Shown here piece by piece: positions 39,820 through 53,174 of a DNA stretch of 64,000 nucleotides (the stretch's first letter is position 1; the number at the start of each line of letters is the position of its first letter). The notes under the pieces were generated by a model. The model worked only from the letters and a program-made list of their open reading frames with translations, made no database searches and was not told where the DNA came from. Where the stretch lies: the NCBI RefSeq assembly GCF_040938485.1, contig NW_027271426.1:1674001-1738000 (forward strand), in the 5' to 3' direction. A program made the position numbers and the translations under genes. Origin of the DNA: Diadema antillarum. Lineage: Eukaryota.

Positions 39820-42800
39820 CCACTATGCTTTACGTAACAAGCATCTAAGTATACAGAATTGGTGTGTTTAAGAAAAAACTAACCCTCGAAATAGTTAACA
39901 TTTACCTCCACATATTATTACACGTTATTCATGTTTGTGTACGTATTTGTTTCTTTACATCTGAAATATCATGACTATTTTCTAAGTATTTTGTGTCGGA
40001 TATCTCTCTTGATATCAAATGGAATGTAAATTTGTATCAAATGTGAAATACATGAAATACGGAACAATAAATGCAAACAGTATCTGCCAAATTCTATAGG
40101 GCATTTAGCCTACATGCTTGGTTTATGGAACGAGTTTAGAATGGAAAAGGTTATTCATCTGTCTATATCATTTTTAGATAAGTTCACAATCCTTGTGATA
40201 AATACTTTATATACGCATATAATTTATTTTCATATGAGGCTCATGGAAACATCATACATGTTCGTTGTCATTTTCGTGATACTGTTAGCATGACGAGACT
40301 ACAAAGTGATATCAACATTGTTTGTGATTATACGTAGTTAAGGTATCCTCCTTTTTCGTTGGGCTATGTAGTAACTAATTTGACTGCACATACATGGGTG
40401 TTTTAAAACTTAAACACTATAGTTTCAACAGACCTTAGATGTAATATAGGCGCAGAAGGAGAAAAAGTACATTGAGAGAGCAAGAGAGAGAGAGAGAGAC
40501 TGGGACAGAGATAGGGTCAAAAGAATGCAAAATAAAGAAAAAAAAAAGACAGTCGTGCCGAGACTTCAAATATAAAACTATGAACTTTAGGGGCTAGTTT
40601 TCGGGGTACAGTTACATTTCAAAATGACCTCATCTTTCAAGTGTGGTATAGCATGAATCTTATTCACACATGAACAACTATAAAGGACACAAGTTTGAGC
40701 GTTTTGGAGAGGAATGATACTTACAGAAATGACTTTATATGTCATGTTTGCAAAGAGTTATGATAATATATCACTGAATATGATAGATGACCCAAATGGT
40801 GTTTGTTACAGGTCATGAATACGTCAGTTAAAAGTCATTCCATCTTGAGAATGAGATGAACAAAGAGACACATGGACATTGAGATAGAATGGGAGAGAGG
40901 GACAGTGACAAGTTGAGACATGTTTGCTCCGGATTGAAGCAAATCGGACCGTAAATAGAACAGCAACAAATTAGGGCAAAAAACGCTGTTTTTAGTACTT
41001 CATACATTTTCATCGAGAGAAATTCTGCAATTTGAAGAAATCGAAATTGAGTGGTTTTCACATTACACATTCGCATTCATGATTATGTGACCAAGTGGGA
41101 GAATAAGACAACACATTTGGGAATATTACGATGTTTTCCATTTTCGATCTAAAAAAAATACGCAACTTCTCCCTGTATTCTTAGAAGTCGTAATTGATTG
41201 GCTTGCCATTTGCTTGCGTTTATCGTCATTCTTGTATCTGACATCCACACTTCCGCGCAGTATAAATAGAACGTCATGCCAATTGCATTAAGTGATAAAA
41301 AGTGCACAAAGGGTCGGTGATAGACGCAAGTTGCATGGATGATTAGGATACATCAGCTCAAAGCCAAAAAAATAAAAAAAATAAAAAAGATAAGTTGATG
41401 GCTTGAAAGCAGATCTTAGATATTGTCCCTTGAATCGTGGTTGATGTGGATGTGTCGATCGCAAGGGCAAAGGACCAAATAAACACACACACCACACACA
41501 ACTCACACACACATACACACACACACACGCACGCACACAACCACACACACACACACATACACAAATCGAATAATGGGAATCCTCACCGCATGGCTACTCA
41601 CGAGGGATAAAACGTGTCTTGGTTTCCGGCTTTGAGCACTCACGTGTTCCGAGATATGAATGTTTAAACGCGGAAATTCTGCAAAGACCCAGGCAAAACA
41701 CCATCGTTTATATGGCGCTATAAACAAGACATTGCATGTGATTATCGTATCAATGGCGATAATATTTGAGGAGGGGAGAGGAAACAAACGTAGAAGTACG
41801 TCATGAAAACGTCTCATACCTGAACGCTGTGTTTTCAAAAATACAATGTTTAAAAGCATCATCGAATATCATGACGAAATATAGGTATTTAACGATATAT
41901 AATGTATAAATCATGGTGGTATTTGTACGCGCATGTATCCGTTTATTAATAATCTTACTTACAGTATTCAGTTGCCATGACATTCGACATGTGACATCAT
42001 TAAGGTTTTATTATAGCAAAATATATCTACCACAACATTTTACAGAATTACGATTGCGCTTCTGATGTTCCGTGTCTTACTGTAAGAAAATTGCTATGTA
42101 CATTCAAACTAAAGGATTGAAGAAAAACTTGATCACATTCACTGGCGCATGTCTTGCTTTCTAGGAAATAACAACACCGATTTCAATGAAGGAAACGACG
42201 TGTTACCGCATCAGCGTTTAATAAAGACACAGCTTTGAACGAATATATGCAGATCTGACAGTTAAGATTTCACTTTGAAAGCAAGAGAACTTTGAGTAGA
42301 GAGGTGAAGGGTGAAATGTGAATCTTCTTTGTTTTCTCTCTAACAAATGAAATTTGTAAGATCACAACTGCAGATCTGTAATTTAACAAACGGGTCGGAA
42401 AAAGGAACCACGGAACTCGAACCTGTCATCTGCTGCTTTCCGGGCAGCGACACTATACCACCACCGAAATTCTAGTCCAAGGCGGACAAGGCATTAATGA
42501 AAGCGAATAATGAATTAATGACAGCGAATATTTAAGCAGAGGGGTGAAGGTTAAGGTGTGAATTTTCTTTAATATGTCTCCCTCTACAAATGAAATTTGT
42601 AAAATTGCAAGTGCTGATCTATATCATTTAACAAACATGCCGGAAAAAAAAAGATACAAAAACTGTAATTGTTAAGTCATAGATCATCAGTTGCGATCTC
42701 AGGAGACATATTGAAGAAAATTCACACCTCCAGATTTCACTTTGTTTGCACTTTACAGAGCCAACGTTAAGTTTGGGNNNNNNNNNNNNNNNNNNNNNNN

Positions 42801-43633
42801 NNNNNNNNNNNNNNNNNNNNNNNNNNNNNNNNNNNNNNNNNNNNNNNNNNNNNNNNNNNNNNNNNNNNNNNNNNNNNNNNNNNNNNNNNNNNNNNNNNNN
42901 NNNNNNNNNNNNNNNNNNNNNNNNNNNNNNNNNNNNNNNNNNNNNNNNNNNNNNNNNNNNNNCGTCTTCACGGATGATACACCAGATTAAAGTGACCATA
43001 CATTAACTTCTTGTTTGGAGTTTGCATTTCATTATTTATACTCATTGATAAATTCTCTAATGATTGAAATGCAGGCGTTCCATCAATTTAAAGTGCATTA
43101 ATTTGAAGAGTTTGAATACAAATGAAAAGATAAAAGCCAATTCCTTAAGTTACTTAATATTATTAACTTATCAACTTATTAACTTAATTTTCTTAAGTTA
43201 GGTCATCATCAAATACAGAAAAATTAACTCTTCAATAATACTGCACTGACTACAAAACAAGAATAGCTTTGAAGATGTTATCAAAATTATCACATATATC
43301 TTAATCGTTTTCTTTTTTTAGCAGACTAAATCTCAAATTTCTCAAATTGATAAAAAAACTGGATATCTGGGGTTTGGACATTTAAACTCTTCATATACAC
43401 ACCGTATTCAAAAGAAACCTTTACCAGATTGATTTTTAACGAACTGCAAGACATATAAATACATATAACAAGACATAGAATAAGAAATAATCTTAAGGTG
43501 TCACATTTTCTGTGAATGGTGATATCCATTACAACCACATTCGAATTATCTGAAGCTGCTTAATGTCATCAACTTCCAATTTTCATATATCATAAAAGTT
43601 ATGTTCTGATCGATACTTGAGCAACTACAACCT

Positions 43634-43906
43634 GGTTACAGTTCGTTATTCCGATGGTTCGTTAATCTGGAAATGAAGTAAGCTTCGTTATTCCGAACGT
43701 TCATTTTTCAGAAAATAAAATAAGCTTCGTATTTCGAAAGGTTCGTTGGTACGCACCTTATTTTCGTTTTCGGGTTAAGGAATCTTATTTCATTTTCGGA
43801 AAAACACCTTTTTTTCCCCTAAATTTTCGCATTAATGAACCTTCTGAATAACGACCTTCATTTTATTTTTGGATCAACGAATCTTTGGAATAATGAACGT
43901 GTCACC
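43634..43906. repeat. Foldback-like 16-mer element, copy 2
   Basis: GGTTACAGTTCGTTATTCCGA ... TTGGAATAATGAACGTGTCACC inverted ends. Confidence 0.75.
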
Positions 43907-44630
43907 CATACAAACGTATACCTCTGTAGCATAATGCAACAAATATCTTGATGAAAATGATACAACTCTTTCTTCCGGTTGAGTTCCTGTCGAAAAAAGA
44001 AGGAAATCAGGCGAAACTTCGTGTTTTGGACAGTGGGAGACTTGGAGCATATTACTTAATAATCAGCTCATCTAATTCCAATATGTGAATACTAGTTAAT
44101 TGTTGGTGTATTGGTTTTGAGATGTAAGGAATTACCTATAAAGCCGTAATAATAATAATATGTAAACTGCATGATACTTGTCTTCTGTTCTTCCTTGAAG
44201 TACAAATCAAGCCTTTTTTTTCTCAAGAAAAGGGAAAAACCTGAACGTGTCTTTCAGTCTTTTGGGAAAAAGTAACGATTGCCGTTTCTTAGCAACAATT
44301 ACAATTTGCTCAGGCAATACCCCGCTTTCCTTTGGCACCAGACACATTCATGTTGGGTAGCAAGAGGGTGGGACGCATTAGAATAATTAAGCAAGTTGGG
44401 GTATAGTAATGGTAAAAGACAACTGCATTTATGATTTTTAGGAGGGCAACACATTCTGTTTTCCCTCGAAAATATACTTGCCCACCAAAATTTTGAAGGT
44501 TATACATGTCATGCATGTAGCACAGTCTTATGGAAAGTGATGATTATTTTGTTGTGTTGCAGTAAACATTTCTTGTTAGCCACTCTAAGGGAGAAAGGGT
44601 TGACGTTGTGGGTCATGTTCTTTATTCCAG

Positions 44631-45357
44631 AGGTTCGTTAATCCGAAATCGAGATAAGGTTTGTTATTCTACAGGTTTGTTTTTACTATTAACAGGTTCG
44701 TAATCCGAAAACGAGTCAAAGTTCGTTGTTTTAAAGGTTCGTTATTCCGAAGATTCGTTAATCCTTAAATGGAATAAGGTTCGTTATNNNNNNNNNNNNN
44801 NNNNNNNNNNNNNNNNNNNNNNNNNNNNNNNNNNNNNNNNNNNNNNNNNNNNNNNNNNNNNNNNNNNNNNNNNNNNNNNNNNNNNNNNNNNNNNNNNNNN
44901 NNNNNNNNNNNNNNNNNNNNNNNNNNNNNNNNNNNNNNNNNNNNNNNNNNNNNNNNNNNNNNNNNNNNNNNNNNNNNTCAATAATGATAACAATGATGAT
45001 AACAATAAGGTCATCTTTATCCAGGGTAGCCTCCGAAGTGTTGCACTGCATGCTCTACCAGAAGACCCTGCTTTTATTATTACCCTAGCGTTGCCGGCTA
45101 CCCATTTATACACCTGGGTCGAGAGGGACACTGGGCGGGATTCGAACTCGGGTCCTCCGATCGGGAGTCAGGAGTCTTAGCCACTATTCCACAGTGCCCC
45201 CACACAAGGTTCATTATTCCGAACATTTGCCGAAGGTTCGATCATTCCGGAATCACGAACGATTCTATTTCGGGTTAACAAACCTTCGGAAAAAAAAAAA
45301 CCCCGAACCTTTTTTTCATTTTCGGTTTAACAAACCTTCGGAATAAGGAATCGTAAC
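44631..45357. repeat. Foldback-like 16-mer element, copy 3, interrupted by an N gap and a SINE
   Basis: Forward 16-mers at 44631-44787, then forward and inverted 16-mers at 45207-45357. Confidence 0.7.
44979..45201 (-). mobile_element. tRNA-derived SINE, better preserved
   Basis: Minus strand reads GGGGGCACTGTGGAATAGTGGCTAAG (A box), GAGTTCGAATCCC (B box), GACCCAGGTGTATAAATGGGTAGCCGG core, then a simple-repeat tail. Confidence 0.85.
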
Positions 45358-46920
45358 TGGCGTTGCTTTAATCAACCTTCCAACTAAAAATTAATAATAA
45401 TGACGATTTTGTGCAGAAAGCAGCGGAAGAGATGACGTCATCATTTTAGCAAACTTTGTTGCTGCGATCACTTCAACCCTTCGGTTTAAAGACCTGTGGA
45501 AACTCAGATTTCCTAACTTTCTTTGGTCAAGCCCGAGTTGGACGAAACTTCAATAAGTCTGTCCGTCTTGTTTTGCTCTGTTTATTAAATGAAGTGGATA
45601 AAAATGTGGAGCTGAGCTTTTTCATGAAGATATAACTCTTTGCTGCTAGATCTATTTTTGCTTCTTCTCAAAAAGTTACGATCCCCCTCTCTTTCTCTTT
45701 CTTTTCCTTTTCTTCGAAATGGCTTCTTGATCCAAAACAAGATGCTCCCACAATGCACAATAATGCGCCCACTCATTTCTCACTGCAGTCCAAGTCTGTT
45801 CGGGGTATAACAGCGAAAGCTGATTCGTTTATCTCCTACACAGATATTTTAGTATGCATGGGTGGCATCGTATCGTTGAGGAGAGTGATATGACTCCATG
45901 AGTTGATGATAATAGCGTTGCCCAAGTGAACGGGACCCGGGTCTTTGGCATAAACTTTATTGATGTCATTGTTAAACGCAATCACGCCACCGCAAAATCT
46001 ACGGCTGGAAGATTCCCTTTCCCCCTCTCCCAAATGTCTCAACCCCCCCCCCCCCCTCCGCCATTTTTTTCACATTTTGTGATGTGTTGTTTACAAGATT
46101 TGCCTGTAGCTTGTCTATGATTATTACGTGGAGAACGTGCAGTATGTAGAATTTTAGCTTCCTTCGGACCTATCAGGATTTGTCACATCTTAAACCATCC
46201 ACTCCAAACAGAGATAATCAAGTGTGCCTTCACAATTATCAGTCCTAGATTCTTCTCCCAACAAATGGTAAAAAAAAAAGTATGGGGAGAAAATCACTAG
46301 AGAATGTAGAAACAATCTATTCTTAGACTCGCCCGCCCCTTTTTCATTATTATACCTGTTCACTTGTGGAAGAGAAGTAATTACTGCGTGAAATACACTC
46401 TAATGCACACAATATACAACTGTGCCCAGTCCATCTCACGGGATTTTGAAGAGGACGGGTGTTGTTAAATCGAACGCTGCACCAAACGATAAATCCTGTG
46501 ATAATTTCGTCAGATCAACCAGAGCTGTACAAACATGATAACAAAGCACTTGTTAGCAGGAAGTGGAAGAGAACGCGTTAGAATGATATAGCCACACGGG
46601 ATGTTCAAACCGTGACAGCTGCGTAAAACAAGATCAGATTCGTCAATAATTCAGGAGAGATTTGAGTGACAAACTCTTTTTCGAGCACCCTGCTTTTTCT
46701 TCATTATCAATTTGTATCTTAAGGCGGGGTTGTTGCCACCGGAGCAGCGCGAACGAATTCTAACCCAAAACTATCGAGTGTGTTGGATGAGATATACAAA
46801 CATAATCATATACTCCTAAATCCTCCTATTTCTGTGGATGCAAACAGGTCGACACTTCTCATCGTTGATTGCAATGACTTTCTTCTTTCCTGCTATCTCG
46901 TCATCGTTTTCTTCTTGAAA

Positions 46921-47036
46921 ATGATGATGATGATGACTGACAATGATAATGATGATGATGATGATGATGATGATGATAATATTAATAATGATAATAATAA
47001 TAATAATAATAATAATGATAATAATAGCAAATTTAT
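46921..47036. repeat. (ATG)/(ATA) trinucleotide low-complexity tract
   Basis: Direct reading. Confidence 0.9.
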
Positions 47037-47288
47037 CAAACACCATCATCAGCAGCATCACGATCATGTATCATATTATTCGACATGTGGCCAAATTGAT
47101 ATTTATCTATTTAGTGCCTATACATTATGATATTTTTCTACTATTTCTCTTCAGATAGCTTGGGTACACGCCCACAAAAATAAACCCTTCCAAACCAAGG
47201 TTCTGTAAATAACATTATCATGTTAATCACTGGTAAAGTGCTAACATGATTAACAAGATTATAATTATTACTATGCTCAGTCTATGTG

Positions 47289-47540
47289 CTGTTCGTTATT
47301 CCGAAGGTTCGTTATTTCGAAGGTTCGTTAATCCGAAACACACATATTCCACAGATGTTCGTTAATCCGAAAATGAAAAAGGGTTCTTTAATCCGAACAT
47401 TTGTTGCGTTATTCCGAAGGTTCGTTATTCCGAAGATTTGTTAATCAGAAATAGAATCCTGAATAACGAACCTTCGGAATAACGAATCTTCGGACTGAAG
47501 AGCCTTCGGAATAACGAACCCTTCGGAATAACGAGCTGCA
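47289..47540. repeat. Foldback-like 16-mer element, copy 4 (best preserved)
   Basis: (GGTTCGTTATTCCGAA)n on the left, (TTCGGAATAACGAACC)n on the right. Confidence 0.8.
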
Positions 47541-48285
47541 ACCCTCAGTCTAGGGGAAGACGCTTTCCAGTTTCTTTTGTAAATCATATCAAAGTACCGT
47601 ATGTCCCCCCAAAATTACAATGGGACCCTCCGGAATGATAACTTAAAAAATAGTGAATCAATCCAAATACAACTTCAAAACTACAAAACTATAACTCATT
47701 GCCCACATCTCACAGAAACCACCATTCGATTCGCTTAAGTGGTCAAAGAGAAATGATGAATTTTGTAGAGCATGTCAGGAATCTCTTCTCTCCAAGTTCT
47801 GTCTATTGTGTTCACACACAAGAGCATCCAAGTGCTAAACTTGGAAGGATCAGACTCATATGGCATGCTTTATCACAACAATTCACATTTCTCTGTGACC
47901 AAATTGAATGGGGTTTTCTGCAAAATAGAGCTAAGATGATATATTTAAAGAGCCTGAAGTAGCTTTTAGACAATTTAATCATATTGGGTGTTATCAATGC
48001 GAAAATCTGATTGTATTTTTTTTTTTTTTGGGGGGGGGGGGATAAACTGTACTTTACCAGTCGTCGACAGATGATGTCATCAACAGGTTTGGTTTGGAAA
48101 GGTTTTTTTTTTTTTTTTTTCTTGTGGACTTATCCAAGTATTCTGAGCTGCAGAACAATAGTAGAAAATTAATAGAAATGCATTTAATGGCATATAATAA
48201 TTCAGATATTCTACTGGCCACATAGAGTGATGATCAAGGTATTCTGAATCAACAAGTCAACATGCATTTGCAAAACATTGTTCCT

Positions 48286-48850
48286 TTAGAGGGGAAATCC
48301 AGTCCAAATACATATGTTAGTCTGATAAGAGACAGTAAAATGGTACGAGTTCAACGGTAAAATTTTGATCGAAATCGGGTGAGAAATAAGGAAGTTTCAC
48401 TATTTTTTTCAGGAAACGGTTCCTTATATAGATATGCAAATGTCAAAGTGAGCATGTCATCCCCTCACAACTTGCCATTTAGTTTGCACATAAATTTTGA
48501 AATGTCCATTTTTTCATTCAAACGCAATTATGCCCGAGGCTCAAATCCTGGTATATCTAGCTAGATCACTATTCTGAAGTTATTCAACCAGGATTAACAT
48601 TCAATGACAGAAACATTGAATTTTCGTCTATTTTTTTTTTGCACACCGTCAATGGAAAACTGTGAGGTTGTGACGTGGTTAGTTCACTCATGTGCATATT
48701 CATATCCACTGTACAAGAGCTGTTTTGCAGAAATGCCATCACCTCCTTATCTTTCATCCAATTTCAGTCAAAATTTTACCGTTGAACTCGTAAGATTTCA
48801 CTCCTTTTTATCTGACTATAACTTATAATAGGACTATATTTCCCCTTTAA
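48286..48850. mobile_element. Kolobok-like MITE family B, copy 2
   Basis: TTAG-AGGGGAAATCCAGTCCAAAT ... ATATTTCCCCT-TTAA; inverted relative to the copy at 10073. Confidence 0.85.
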
Positions 48851-48870
48851 GCAGGAATCATTAAATGTGA

Positions 48871-49245
48871 ATCAGGCTAATAACAAGCTCACACTTTACT
48901 AGGCCAAGTGCCCTCCAGTTCTTACAGCTGTGTTGTTTACCTCTAAACGAGTTAGTGTCTTTTAACTCATTGGCATTCATGTACAAGCTTCACATGTCCA
49001 GTTCTCCCTCCTTATTTTTGGATTTGTTTGTCAAAAACTCAGTTGTTCATTCCCATAATACACCTCAGAAAAACCTTCTGCATCTACCTCGTGTAGCTAC
49101 CAGTATTGCCCTAAATTCTTTTTATGTGTCTTGCATAAAAGAATGGAACATGTTACCCTCAGATGTTAAAGATAGTACCACTTTTTCCAGATTTAAAGTG
49201 TTGGCTAGGAAGTATTTGCTTCATCGATATTCTCAGTCTCATTGA
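48871..49245 (+). mobile_element. CR1/L2-group LINE, 5'-truncated ORF2 C-terminus
   Basis: Open frame IRLITSSHFTRPSALQFLQLCCLPLNELVSFNSLAFMYK...HSHNTPQKNLLHLPRV...SFYVSCIKEWNMLPSDVKDSTTFSRFKVLARKYL fits the typical post-RT C-terminal pattern of this clade. Confidence 0.85.
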
Positions 49246-49347
49246 TGCTGCTCCTTTTAAATTCTAGATACATGACTTCATCTCATCACTTTCCATTTGA
49301 GTAACATAGTCTAATGCCAATTATGTTTTGCTTTAAAATCCCATAGG

Positions 49348-49381
<34 letters not shown>

Positions 49382-49689
49382 ACTTAGAATCCATCCATGT
49401 ATAATGTTAAAGCCACTGTGTAAGTCTTGTTTATGGTAAAAATTTGATAGAAACTCTCCTTTTGAAAGGGTCCTTACCTGTGGAGAAGTGAGGGTTCTGA
49501 GACCATACCACAAAGTTGAAAAAAAAAATTGCTGCTCCCTCTTGTGGTCATATCACTAGCCAATAAAATAAATTTTAAATTGACTCGGGGGGGGGGGGGG
49601 GGGCAATAAATTTGGTGTCCATTTCTTTGGTCTCAGGGGTGTTGTTACTGTGCTTCTTGAGGGATTCCACTAGAATTATTCTATGGCTT

Positions 49690-49962
49690 TAATATGTTTG
49701 TATGTAATAGTGAGTTGTTATATTACATGTCTTAACTTGCCTTTTCAGGGGTTCTTATTATACAAGCTTGCTTTTCTAAGACCCCTCCACTTTACATCTA
49801 TATGCATCTACATGCATTGTCAATTTATATTCAGATATTCTGCAAATTGTTTTAATCGCATATATTCAACAATGTATTCCTTGTTACATATTATTGTTCT
49901 TATGTAATTTTTGTATTGTGGAAACTTTGAATAAACTTGAAACTTGAAACTTGAAACTTGAA
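49690..49962 (+). mobile_element. Probable 3'UTR and tail of the same LINE
   Basis: AATAAA at 49930-49935 followed by a tandem (AACTTGA)n tail. Confidence 0.65.
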
Positions 49963-51959
49963 TGTGACTCGAAGCGATTCATGGAATACCATAAACGTTG
50001 CAATTATGTAAATACAGATTGGCTCGTGACGTGTAGTACGGTATGTATAATATATCGTCATTAATGGCGGGTATGATTATCTGGGGATGATCGTCCCGAC
50101 AATTACATTTCTTTCAACTGTCGGCGATTTGAATCAAATTCATCAGCCATTACACCCACTCATCCATCCACCTACTAAGTAAGCCTATACCTGCCATCAC
50201 TGTTTGACCATTAGGAAATCTAGGAGAAAAAGAAGGAGATTTTTTTTTTTTTTTAAAGGAAGAAAAGTAGCTGCTGTAGATTCTTCATTATCATTCTGTG
50301 ATTACGTTCTGCGTGATACCCGTTATCATAAATGTTCTGCCTTTTTACCCATCTTCGATCACCAACAATGACTAAAAGGAGTTTGAGTGTTTCGTTTGTA
50401 TGTTTTTTGTTGTTGTTGTTTGTGTGTTTGAGAGTTTGTTCCTTATATAGATATATTCCATCGATATCATTACGACGAAAACATTGTGGGTGGTATGTAG
50501 GTGTTGCGACTCGGAAACAACTTGAAAACACGCAGAAAATGACAGGTAACTAATTTGGATTGCGCAGGATAGGATTGAAAAATCAGACTGTTTCCTTGAA
50601 CATGGTTTTTACGCAAAATATCGTCATCGCACGGCCACTGGCTATACTAGTGATTCGGGATGTTTTAAATACGTCACTTTATTGAACAATTATTGTACAG
50701 TACCAAAACGCATTCAAACGACGGCACATAGGTCTAATATTTTGCTGGTGGACAAAATAAGAAAAAGGGTGGAAGAGACATATGAAATGTTTACAAGTCG
50801 TATATCATACAATGTGTTTCTGTGAGATCACCAAACAGTGATCACTATCATTTCCTCATTTTTCCGGAGGCAAGCAGATGTATTTGAGTATGTTTAAGAG
50901 TGTGTTTATTTTGTTCTTTTAGTCTTTGATATCACTGTTGTCCTGCGTTCATGTAGGGTTTGTTGGTTTGTTTGTTTGTTTGTTTGTTTGTTTGTTTAAC
51001 CATCTCATTCAAAAAAAAACTGAAAAAGAAAATCAATAATGACAAGGTCACAAAATATATTTGATCATTGTGTTGCAATCATTATCATTATCATTATTAT
51101 GACAATTTTTATCATCATCATTATCATTATCATTACCATAATCAATATCATTACTACTATTGCTACTACTACTATACTGCAATTATCATTTTCAAGACAT
51201 TCACACCCAGCTCATAATCACTATACATGGTAATATGAACAGATGTACGAGGACATATAATTTGCGACCACATACTCATGGGAACACAACACGTTCATGT
51301 ATATGTCTATACTCATTCAAAACATTTTTTGGTGATCTGCAGTAAACGCACAATTGAAATTGCACCCGATTCACTTAATTTACCACTTCGTACACTTATT
51401 AGCCATTTTTTTTTTGCTTCTTTCCTTTCTTACCTATTACTCTTCCTTTGTTGATTCCATTATGTTTGGGCAAAACAAGTTTTAAAGTCAAGTTGCCACT
51501 TCTATGGGTGTTTTCTTTCTTTCTTTCTTTCTTTCTGTCTGTCGGTCTTTCTTTTTTTTAGCTCCCATCAACTATCATGTTATTGCTTTAAAAACTAGCA
51601 TATTTTCTCTCTTAGTCTTTGCAAGAATTATGATTATATCTTAGATCTTTTTTATTTCAATGTATTTGCTCAAATATTCTGAAATTTGATAAATATTACT
51701 GAGCATTCATTTCGTAGATTTTGTTTTGAATATATGCGTTATTTGATGTAAAATTTTCAAGGAAAATGCAGAAATAAAGTCAAACTCAAACTGAAGACTG
51801 CGATCTAGATAAACCCTACTGCTGTAATACCTACATTACTTACTTTAGGATTAATTTCGTCATAATGGTTATGATAAAAAAGAAGAAAAAACATACTGTT
51901 TTTTTTTTATCAATGCCCGTTTTCACTGTTTCAATGAAAGGTGTGATTAATAATGCAAT

Positions 51960-52225
51960 CATTGTCGGTATGATAACAGCAATAATAATAAAGGTAATAG
52001 TAATGATGATGATGATAATAAAAATACTACTAATAATTTTGATAATAATAGTGATAACGATAATGATAGTAATGATGACAATTATGATTATAATTGTACC
52101 ACTACTACTACTGCTACTACTACTACTACTACTAATAATGATAATAATAATAGTAATGATAATAATGATAATAATAACAATGATAATAAAACTAATACTA
52201 ATGATAATGATTGTGATAATAGTGA
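51960..52225. repeat. (TAA/TGA/CTA)n low-complexity tract
   Basis: Direct reading. Confidence 0.9.
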
Positions 52226-52921
52226 TAATAATTGATGAAAAGAAGCGGAAGAATTTCTAGTGTTATCATCACAAAGAGCTTGCCATGAGTAATGAGGAGA
52301 AAAATCTCTTTGTATTATGATCATTAGGCCTATTGTTATTATTGTTGTCAAAACTATTACGGTACCATTATAAGACATCATCATTATGATCGCTTTATTA
52401 TTATTGCTATGATGACGATTATGCTAATGACAAACTGACAATGATTGACAATACTAGGGGTTATCTTGATATGAGCTGACCTCGTATTATTTAGTAATTG
52501 TCAGCTTGGTTCCATTCCATAATGACCTTCGAGCACTTTTTTGCCACCCTAGCCTACATTCCAGTTTTCACACATACAGTTGTACTCGCGCTTACAAAAG
52601 ATTGATGGGAAATGCAACGAATGTAGGCATCAAGGAATAAAGACTGGTTAGTTGTATCTTGGAAGGTAGGTCTCTCTCTATATTAAACTTAGATGTTGCA
52701 GACAAACACAGTATTTGGAAACAAAACAAAACAAAACAAACAAACGCAAAATAGCCCAAAACGGCTGAAACAAGGAAATCATAATGTTTCCATCTGTGTT
52801 GCAATAGTGTCGTGTGTGAATGTTGCAGAGATATGGCCAGATTTTGCATCATGCCCCTCTTCTCGTGTATAACACAGAGAAATTTGTGGACATCCACCAG
52901 TATGTTAACAGTCTAGCTTAC

Positions 52922-53174
52922 CGTGAACAAAGTCACTTGTATGGTAAGTAGCTGGTAAAGTTGATAAGAGCAAATATATAGCTCTGACTACATAGCAGAC
53001 TACTCGTAGTGATGTTCTGCGGTCCCATGTACTGGTAATCGTGTTCGTCGTAGTATGGCGTATACAGCGATGCGTTGACACTGCAATGCATGCTGCACTG
53101 GCTGGGATCGTGATACTGACAGTATTGAAGACACAGCGATAGCGTTGCGTTGCATTGCGTTGGTCTGACTCCAT
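52922..53174 (-). CDS. Candidate first coding exon of a divergent gene with a signal-peptide-like end (MESDQ...RVVCYVVRAIYLLLSTLPATYHTSDFVH)
   Basis: Open frame ending at a consensus phase-1 donor CACG|GTAAGC near 52921, with a hydrophobic stretch before it. Further exons not established. Confidence 0.35.

Noticed and set aside
40725-40843. Minus-strand exon-like segment with a strong pyrimidine tract and GTAAGT donor
   Set aside because: Stops in all three frames; at most a non-coding exon.
45836-46524. Minus-strand exons 46524-46440 (LVDLTKLSQDLSFGAAFDLTTPVLFKIP) and about 46004-45836 (RRFCGGVIAF...) as the continuation of the 53-kb divergent gene
   Set aside because: Phases are compatible, but the second acceptor has a purine-rich upstream tract and the joined peptide matches no family I recognise (no trypsin catalytic motifs after FCGG); unsupported without RNA data.
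47289-47540. CRISPR-like look of recurring 16-mers with variable spacers (also at 39.6, 43.6 and 44.6-45.3 kb)
   Set aside because: Repeats are too short and degenerate, switch orientation mid-array, have irregular or absent spacers, and there are no cas genes; the context is eukaryotic.
51865-52384. Poly-Ile/Met/Leu ORFs (also 46780-47158 and 51039-51233)
   Set aside because: Translations of trinucleotide microsatellites.
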